From the IMG/VR virus record IMGVR_UViG_3300033073_000160, positions 1 through 64,000 of that record: 64,000 nt of DNA, one strand, 5' to 3'. This stretch comes from a virus. Taxonomy: Duplodnaviria; Caudoviricetes. The translations under genes were made by a program, and so were the position numbers. Under the pieces are notes generated by a model. It was not told the DNA's origin. It ran no database searches and saw only the letters and a program-made list of their open reading frames with translations. Numbering within the stretch: the first letter of the stretch is position 1; each line of letters opens with the position of its first letter. Shown in pieces: positions 57,795 to 64,000 of this stretch.

Positions 57795-58635
57795 AATCGC
57801 AGAATTATTTTATTCAATCCAAGGTGAGGGGCGCTATATGGGTGTCCCTTCGGTGTTTCTGCGCACATTTGGCTGTAACTTTAAGTGTGCCGGCTTTGGT
57901 ATGCCTAAAGGAGAGTTAAGTAATGAAATTGAACCTATTGCACAACGTATTGCAGAATTTAAAAGTTATGAAGAGCTTCCGCTTGTTAGCACAGGTTGTG
58001 ATAGTTACGCTAGTTGGGATCCTCGTTTTAAAGATCTCAGCCCGATGCTTACAAGCGATGGCATTGCAGAACGTATCTGCGAAATCCTTCCGTTCAACGA
58101 GTGGCAAGATGAGCACTTGGTAATCACAGGCGGTGAGCCATTACTTGGTTGGCAACGTGCTTATCCGGACTTGCTCAATCATCCTAAGATGAAGAACTTA
58201 AAAGAGATTACGTTTGAAACTAATGGCACTCAAAAGCTAACTCCAGAATTTAAAGAATTTTTAATTGAGTGGCAAATGCCGCATGTAGATTTTACGCCCG
58301 AAGTTACGTTTAGCGTCAGTGCTAAACTAAGTTGTAGCGGAGAAGCAAGACACGAAGCAATTCGTCCAGACATTGTATGTGAATATGAGGAGGTTGGCTA
58401 CACTTACCTTAAGTTTGTAGTAGCAACAGAAGAAGATGCAGAAGAAGCAATTGAAACAGCAGACATTTACAGAGCCGAAGGGTTTACAGGACCCGTTTAT
58501 CTTATGCCAGTTGGTGGGGTGGAGTCTGTTTATACTCTTAATAATCGCAGGGTCGCTGAACTAGCAATGAAAAATGGCTTACGCTATTCAGATCGTTTGC
58601 AAGTTCCATTATTTAAAAATGAGTGGGGAACATAA
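57781..58635 (+). CDS. queE: 7-carboxy-7-deazaguanine synthase (radical SAM)
   Basis: ELFYSIQGEG..GVPSVFLRTFGCNFKC...GCDS, VITGGEPLL, FETNGT, RLQV. Confidence 0.92.
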   Translation: MSKIKIAELFYSIQGEGRYMGVPSVFLRTFGCNFKCAGFGMPKGELSNEIEPIAQRIAEFKSYEELPLVSTGCDSYASWDPRFKDLSPMLTSDGIAERICEILPFNEWQDEHLVITGGEPLLGWQRAYPDLLNHPKMKNLKEITFETNGTQKLTPEFKEFLIEWQMPHVDFTPEVTFSVSAKLSCSGEARHEAIRPDIVCEYEEVGYTYLKFVVATEEDAEEAIETADIYRAEGFTGPVYLMPVGGVESVYTLNNRRVAELAMKNGLRYSDRLQVPLFKNEWGT

Positions 58636-59090
58636 TGATCAAAAAACTTTTTAGAAAAATTACAGGACTCGAGGCACTAGATAATGCCAAAGAGGCAGCA
58701 TTAGAAGAAGCAAGAGCAGCCGTTAAACTTGCGGCACAAGCGCAGGCTGAATTAGAAGCTGCCAAACTAGCAGAGGAGCAGGCAAAATTAAGCCCAAAAG
58801 AGCGTGCAACTGCCCAAGGGATGCCTTATGTAGCTGTTTTAGATACGCACGTAAATAAGGATAACATCCGTAATGGCTTCTTTGAGCTTGACTGGAACGA
58901 GGAATTTATTATACAATTAAAGGCAGCAGGGTATGGCTTTGACGGCGACCCTGAAGAAGAGATTGTAGATAGATGGTTTAGAGATTTGGCGGCTAATATG
59001 CTAGTTGACGAAGGAATGGACCCGTCTAGGCATACAGCAGGTTTTATTAACGTTGTTCCATTATCAAAAAATAGATCAGAGGTTTCATGA
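58635..59090 (+). CDS. Hypothetical protein
   Basis: ATG at 58635; coiled coil then GFFELDWN. Confidence 0.7.
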   Translation: MIKKLFRKITGLEALDNAKEAALEEARAAVKLAAQAQAELEAAKLAEEQAKLSPKERATAQGMPYVAVLDTHVNKDNIRNGFFELDWNEEFIIQLKAAGYGFDGDPEEEIVDRWFRDLAANMLVDEGMDPSRHTAGFINVVPLSKNRSEVS

Positions 59091-60106
59091 CATATATTCT
59101 AGTTGATACAGCTAATACGTTCTTTCGTGCTAGACATGTAGTTCAAGGTGCTGCCGATATTAAACTTGGCATGGCGTTTCATATTACATTTAATAGCATT
59201 AAGAAAGCGTGGAACGACTTTGAAGGCAAACATGTTGTGTTCTGCCTCGAAGGTCGTTCGTGGCGTAAAGACTTTTATAAACCTTATAAAGCTAATCGTG
59301 CTGAAAGCCGTGCGGCTATGACTGTTAAAGAACAAGAAGAAGATAAATTGTTCTGGGAAGCATTTGATGAGTTTAAAAAGTTCATTAGTGAAAAAACTAA
59401 TGTAACAGTCTTGCATCATCCGCAACTCGAAGCTGATGATTTGATTGCGGGCTTTATTCAAATGCATCCAAATTCACAGCATGTAATTGTTAGCACAGAC
59501 AGCGACTTTCACCAATTACTAGCATCAAACGTAAAACAATATAACGGTGTTGCCGACGAGACTCATACTATTAACGGCATCTTTGATAAAAAGGGTAAGC
59601 TAGTTAAAGATAAGAAAACAGGCGAACCAAAAGTTGTTCCAGATCCAGAATGGATTCTGTTTGAAAAGTGTATGCGAGGTGATAGTAGTGATAACGTGTT
59701 TAGTGCATACCCCGGCGTTAGAACTAAAGGCACAAAAAATAAAGTTGGGCTCACTGAAGCGTTTGAAGATCGTAAAAGCAAAGGCTTCTCTTGGAACAAT
59801 CTCATGCTTCAGCGTTGGACAGATCACAACGGCGAAGAGCATCGCGTTCTAGAAGACTACAATCGTAATGTCACTTTAGTAGACTTATCAGCACAACCTG
59901 CAGAAATTAAGCAAATTATTCGTGAAACTATAGATAGCGCAGCCGTTCCTAAAGATGTAACACAAGTAGGCATTCGTATGCTTAAATTCTGTAATACATG
60001 GGACATGAAAAAGATTGCTGATAACATTCAGCAATACGCAGAACCGTTCCAATCTAAATACCCAGAGACAGATGTTACATGGCGAAAACTTACACAGGAA
60101 ATTTAA
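59087..60106 (+). CDS. rnh: RNase H / 5'-3' flap exonuclease (T4 rnh-like)
   Basis: ILVDTAN, SWRK..Y..YKANR, EADDLI, STDSDFHQL, RGDSSDNV. Confidence 0.92.
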   Translation: MTYILVDTANTFFRARHVVQGAADIKLGMAFHITFNSIKKAWNDFEGKHVVFCLEGRSWRKDFYKPYKANRAESRAAMTVKEQEEDKLFWEAFDEFKKFISEKTNVTVLHHPQLEADDLIAGFIQMHPNSQHVIVSTDSDFHQLLASNVKQYNGVADETHTINGIFDKKGKLVKDKKTGEPKVVPDPEWILFEKCMRGDSSDNVFSAYPGVRTKGTKNKVGLTEAFEDRKSKGFSWNNLMLQRWTDHNGEEHRVLEDYNRNVTLVDLSAQPAEIKQIIRETIDSAAVPKDVTQVGIRMLKFCNTWDMKKIADNIQQYAEPFQSKYPETDVTWRKLTQEI

Positions 60107-60107
60107 A

Positions 60108-60590
60108 ATGACAGAGATTCACGCAAAACCAATTATTGATGGCAAGTTTTGGATAGTTGAACAAGACGGAACTAAGGTTGGATTACTACATAAAAAAGAA
60201 AACAATAAATTTATGTTGAGTTCCACCGAAGGTGAGATTATGTTTAATAAAAAAGATGACTTAACTAAAAAGTTTGGTAAGGGATTCTTTTTAAAAAATA
60301 CTAAAGTAAAAGTTAGTGCAACCGAAGAAGATAAAGAATGTCACGGCTTTCCTACAAGTTGCACACCTTATAATGCAATGTATGATGTTAGAAGACGGCT
60401 TCCTCTTTTTACAAAAAGTGATAAGTCGAAGAGTCTATACTGCGCAGGTTATTATGTAATTAAGTTTGATAAAGGTTGGGTTAAATCATTTTGCCCTAAG
60501 GCTATTACAATTGAGCGCTATCCATTTAAAGGTCCGTTCACTAGCGAACTAGAAATGAAGGTAATGTTAGCAAATGCAAAATCAGATTAA
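60108..60590 (+). CDS. Hypothetical protein
   Basis: ATG at 60108 (MTEIHAKP) after AGGA. Confidence 0.7.
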   Translation: MTEIHAKPIIDGKFWIVEQDGTKVGLLHKKENNKFMLSSTEGEIMFNKKDDLTKKFGKGFFLKNTKVKVSATEEDKECHGFPTSCTPYNAMYDVRRRLPLFTKSDKSKSLYCAGYYVIKFDKGWVKSFCPKAITIERYPFKGPFTSELEMKVMLANAKSD

Positions 60591-60819
60591 TTTAACACCC
60601 ATACAGCAATTCATACAGCAAGTTAGAAGTGCAGAACTAACTAATGCTAAACAAATTACAATGGATATGCAAAAGGCAAGATTATTAACTCTTGCCTTAA
60701 CAGAGTGCATTGATAAGATGAATAGAGACTGGGAAACATTATATCATGCACTTAAACAAAGTGCAAATCCTTCAGTTATTAGTGTTGAAATGGATGGTGG
60801 TGGTTTCGAGGACAAATAG
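60574..60819 (+). CDS. Hypothetical protein
   Basis: Ends EMDGGGF. Confidence 0.65.
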   Translation: MQNQINLTPIQQFIQQVRSAELTNAKQITMDMQKARLLTLALTECIDKMNRDWETLYHALKQSANPSVISVEMDGGGFEDK

Positions 60820-60854
60820 AGATAAATATATACGTATATTTCTGGACGTATATA

Positions 60855-61139
60855 ATGAGCAGACCGAAACCAAAAGTGTTATTAGAGAACATTAATAAAA
60901 AGACTTACAAAGCCGAACAGATTTTGGAAGCAGATGCCATTTGGGCGGTCTTCTACAAGGGCGAACCTTTTAACTTAAAGTCATTTAATAGTCTCACCAG
61001 CTATCCCGGTCCTAAGTATAAGAAAGTATCTTTTAGTAACCCGGGTCATGCACACAATCTTGCCAAGAAATTAAATCTAACATTTGGATCACAGGATTTC
61101 CAAGTAGTTAAATTAACCCAAGGTGAAATTATAAAATGA
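60855..61139 (+). CDS. Basic hypothetical protein
   Basis: MSRPKPKVLLE...YPGPKYKKVSFSNPGHA; GATAAATA upstream. Confidence 0.75.
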   Translation: MSRPKPKVLLENINKKTYKAEQILEADAIWAVFYKGEPFNLKSFNSLTSYPGPKYKKVSFSNPGHAHNLAKKLNLTFGSQDFQVVKLTQGEIIK

Positions 61140-61546
61140 TAGCCCGAGATACATTGACTAAAATATTTTTAGCACAATGGGGTAAGGGCACAGATGATAC
61201 TAACGTAAAGTTATACTCGCGGACTTGGTGGCAGTCAACGAGGGTAGGTAAACAAAATGCCTATCGATTAAGCGAAGCAGGATTTGAATTCTTAACTACA
61301 GAATTAGATCTTAAATGCTACGAAATTCCATTTACAGAACAAATTGAATTGAGTCCTCAAACTATTGTGTTTTTGGAAAGATACGTAGACTGCCCATATT
61401 TTTTAACTAGCCAAAGTATCACAGTATTCTCCGAACGAAAGAGCTTTGAGCTAATGTTGTTTTCAGACGACATTCGCCGATTTGGGCTAGTTAAAGCGAT
61501 GACTGAACGCCAAAAAGAAATGGATAAGCTAGCCCAAAACTCCTAA
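61136..61546 (+). CDS. Hypothetical protein
   Basis: Coupled ORF. Confidence 0.7.
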   Translation: MIARDTLTKIFLAQWGKGTDDTNVKLYSRTWWQSTRVGKQNAYRLSEAGFEFLTTELDLKCYEIPFTEQIELSPQTIVFLERYVDCPYFLTSQSITVFSERKSFELMLFSDDIRRFGLVKAMTERQKEMDKLAQNS

Positions 61547-61554
61547 AAAAGTTG

Positions 61555-61591
61555 TTGACTGCGGTAGCAAAGATGTGTATAATAGACACAT
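61555..61591 (+). promoter_or_regulatory. sigma70 promoter with -10 in an inverted-repeat loop
   Basis: TTGACT-17nt-TATAAT; ATGTGT-ATAATAG-ACACAT. Confidence 0.8.
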
Positions 61592-61626
61592 AGACAGCAA
61601 TTTTTAACTTTTTACACGGAGTATAT

Positions 61627-62715
61627 ATGAGTGAAGTTATTTCCCGCACAGTAGGCCCTAAGGGCGCCAAAAAAAGTCTGCGCAAGGCTTTTAAAAATAA
61701 ACGCCCGGTGTTCCTGTGGGGGCCTCCCGGTATTGGTAAATCGGACATTATCAAGCAGTTGGGTGCAGAGCTTGACGCTCATGTAATTGACGTTCGTTTG
61801 TCTCTTTGGGAACCTACCGATATTAAAGGTATCCCGTATTTTGATAGCAATACAGGCAAAATGGTTTGGGCTCCTCCGCTTGAACTTCCTGATGCCGAGC
61901 TTGCATCCAAACATAAGCAAATTATCCTGTTCATGGATGAAATGAACTCTGCGGCACCTAGTGTGCAGGCGGCGGCTTATCAGTTGGTGCTGAATCGTCG
62001 TGTTGGCACATACGAGCTTCCAGACAATGTTGTAATGGTTGCCGCTGGTAACCGCGAAACTGACAAGGGTGTTACTTATCGTATGCCTGCTCCGTTGGCT
62101 AACCGTTTCGTTCACTTGGAAATGACAGTGGATTGGGATGACTACTTTGAGTGGGCTACTGAGCAGAAGATTCATAAGGACGTAGTTGGTTTCCTTACTT
62201 TCTCTAAGAAAGATCTATATGACTTTGATCCGAAGTCAAGCTCACGTGCATTTGCTACTCCTCGCTCTTGGTCGTTTGTTAGCGAGTTGCTTATTGACGA
62301 CGACACTGACACAGACACTCTTACTGACTTAGTTTCTGGTGCAATCGGTGAAGGTCTTGCTGTTAAGTTTATGGCTCACCGCAAAATTGCATCCAAAATG
62401 CCTAACCCAGAAGATATTCTGAGCGGCAAAGTTAAGAAGATGGATTCAAAAGAAATCTCTGCAATGTATTCTTTGACTGTTAGTCTGTGCTACGAACTCA
62501 AGGATTCAAACGATAAGAAGGCTAAGAACTGGAACGATCAAGTTAACAACTTCTTCGAGTTCATTATGAACAACTTTGAAACTGAGTTAGTTATTATGGG
62601 CACTAAATTGGCGTTGTCTAGCTACAAACTGCCGCTGGATCCAGACGAGATTGCTTGTTTTGATGACTTCCATGCAAAATATGGCAAGTATATTTCGGCT
62701 GCAACTGAAAAATAA
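61627..62715 (+). CDS. MoxR-like AAA+ ATPase
   Basis: WGPPGIGKS, LFMDEMN, AAGNR, PLANRF, TPRSW. Confidence 0.88.
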   Translation: MSEVISRTVGPKGAKKSLRKAFKNKRPVFLWGPPGIGKSDIIKQLGAELDAHVIDVRLSLWEPTDIKGIPYFDSNTGKMVWAPPLELPDAELASKHKQIILFMDEMNSAAPSVQAAAYQLVLNRRVGTYELPDNVVMVAAGNRETDKGVTYRMPAPLANRFVHLEMTVDWDDYFEWATEQKIHKDVVGFLTFSKKDLYDFDPKSSSRAFATPRSWSFVSELLIDDDTDTDTLTDLVSGAIGEGLAVKFMAHRKIASKMPNPEDILSGKVKKMDSKEISAMYSLTVSLCYELKDSNDKKAKNWNDQVNNFFEFIMNNFETELVIMGTKLALSSYKLPLDPDEIACFDDFHAKYGKYISAATEK

Positions 62716-62731
62716 ATTGGTATAGCACCAT

Positions 62732-62760
62732 TTGACACCGCCCTGGGGCGGTGTTATACT
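62732..62760 (+). promoter_or_regulatory. sigma70 promoter whose spacer is a GC-rich hairpin
   Basis: TTGACA-17nt-TATACT; ACACCGCC-CTGG-GGCGGTGT. Confidence 0.8.
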
Positions 62761-62787
62761 ATATACTATAGCAAATAAGGAATACAA

Positions 62788-63990
62788 ATGGCACACGCAG
62801 ATCCAATTATTGATAAAATTATTGTAGCACGAGTCGGCTTGCTACTTCGCCATCCATTCTTTGGCAATATGGCTACTCGCCTTAAAATTGCAGATGGCAG
62901 TGACTGGACTACTACTGCGGCTACAGATGGTCGCACCATCTACTTCAATCGAGACTTCTTTAGTCCGTTGACTACTAAACAAATCGAATTCGTTATTGCA
63001 CACGAAATTATGCATAATGTGTTTGATCACTTGTCGCGTCGTGAAAGCCGTGACCCTAAACTGTTTAACATTGCTGCCGACTATTGTGTTAACGGACAGT
63101 TGGTGCGTGACCGCATTGGCGACTTGCCTCCTAAAGAGCTTAAAATCTTCCACGATACCAAATACTACGGTAAAAGTGCAGAAGAAATTTATGACGAGTT
63201 GTATGATCAATACGATGACGAGCAGTTGCAAGCACTAGGTCGCTTGCTCGATGACCACGTTGATTGGGGTAACAGCAACGGTCAAGACGGCAATGGACAA
63301 AACGGTAATAAGCCTTCTTATACCAAAGAAGAACTTAAACAGATCCGTGACGAAATTCGCGAAGCTACTATGCAGGCAGCGCAGGCTGCTGGTGCAGGTA
63401 ATGTTCCTGCAAACATTGCTCGAATGATTAAAGAGTTGACCGAGCCTAAAATGAACTGGCGTGAAATCTTGCGTCAGCAAATCCAAAGCACTATTCGCAA
63501 CGACTTTACATTCCAACGTCCTAACCGTAAAGGTTGGCATATGAGTGCAATTTTGCCTGGTATGAATTATGACGAGACAATTGATATTTGTGTATCAATT
63601 GATATGTCAGGATCTATTGGTGACGAGCAGGCTAAAGATTTCCTAAGCGAAATCAAAGGCATTATGCAAGAGTATAAGGATTTTAAAATTAAACTCTGGT
63701 GCTTTGATACTAGTGTATACAACGAGGCAGACTACGACGGCTACTCAATGGACGAGTTCGACGAGTATGAACCTCAAGGCGGTGGTGGCACCGAGTTCGA
63801 TGCAAACTGGGAATACATGAAAGAACGTGATATTCAACCTAAAAAGTTTATCATGTTTACTGATGGTTACCCATACGGTAGCTGGGGCGATGAGAACTAC
63901 TGCGATACTGTATTCATCATTCACGGAAACAACACGATTGTTCCGCCATTCGGTGAGTATGCTTACTACGACAATTCCGATGCAACTTGA
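62788..63990 (+). CDS. HExxH metallopeptidase-like plus VWA domain protein (DUF2201-like)
   Basis: TAATDG, AHEIMH, NIAAD; MIDAS DMSGS, GGGGTEF, MFTDG. Confidence 0.88.
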   Translation: MAHADPIIDKIIVARVGLLLRHPFFGNMATRLKIADGSDWTTTAATDGRTIYFNRDFFSPLTTKQIEFVIAHEIMHNVFDHLSRRESRDPKLFNIAADYCVNGQLVRDRIGDLPPKELKIFHDTKYYGKSAEEIYDELYDQYDDEQLQALGRLLDDHVDWGNSNGQDGNGQNGNKPSYTKEELKQIRDEIREATMQAAQAAGAGNVPANIARMIKELTEPKMNWREILRQQIQSTIRNDFTFQRPNRKGWHMSAILPGMNYDETIDICVSIDMSGSIGDEQAKDFLSEIKGIMQEYKDFKIKLWCFDTSVYNEADYDGYSMDEFDEYEPQGGGGTEFDANWEYMKERDIQPKKFIMFTDGYPYGSWGDENYCDTVFIIHGNNTIVPPFGEYAYYDNSDAT

Positions 63991-64000
63991 TTTAGATTCA

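Noticed and set aside
1-64000. Stop-codon reassignment as in some large phages
   Set aside because: Genes are full length in the standard code, and TAA, TGA and TAG (e.g. 60819, 27104) all end genes
1-64000. tRNA or rRNA genes, integrase, transposase
   Set aside because: Intergenic gaps are short, and no cloverleaf/T-loop signature or recombinase motif was seen by eye; a tRNAscan run would be needed to exclude tRNAs fully

Overview
All 64 kb read as a gene-dense segment of a large lytic dsDNA tailed phage with T4-like replication genes and TAAATA late-promoter motifs. Spanins indicate a Gram-negative host. Every supported gene except phoH is on the + strand. Left to right: (1) 1-19.2 kb, a tail/baseplate/fibre module with collagen, Mtd-like, beta-propeller and Ig-like proteins plus a subtilisin; (2) 19.4-25.9 kb, a stand-alone DnaE fragment, GroES, a cytidylyltransferase, a clamp loader and phoH; (3) 25.9-29.3 kb, a lysis cassette with two GH19 enzymes, an i-spanin containing an unannotated embedded o-spanin, and a holin; (4) dnaJ and clpA; (5) 33.2-41.8 kb, probable head-internal proteins sharing an N-terminal leader and repeated [LIVM]xE sites, including a KxDG ligase-like enzyme and an HxGH nucleotidyltransferase, with Dps inserted among them; (6) 41.9-58.6 kb, PolB and a probable clamp interleaved with a 7-deazaguanine DNA-modification cluster (DpdA-like transglycosylase, DpdL-like T-fold protein, FolE, QueE) that also holds a GT-B glycosyltransferase, a UDP-sugar dehydrogenase, a PRTase, a HIT protein and a 2OG oxygenase; (7) RNase H and a MoxR/VWA pair. 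The non-coding DNA is highly structured: most sigma70-type promoters overlap inverted repeats, four have an ATG exactly 7 nt after the -10 box, two hairpins with identical loops precede polB, and a two-state RNA structure precedes phoH. I saw no tRNA, rRNA, CRISPR array or mobile element. All assignments come from recognising motifs by eye; no database searches were run.
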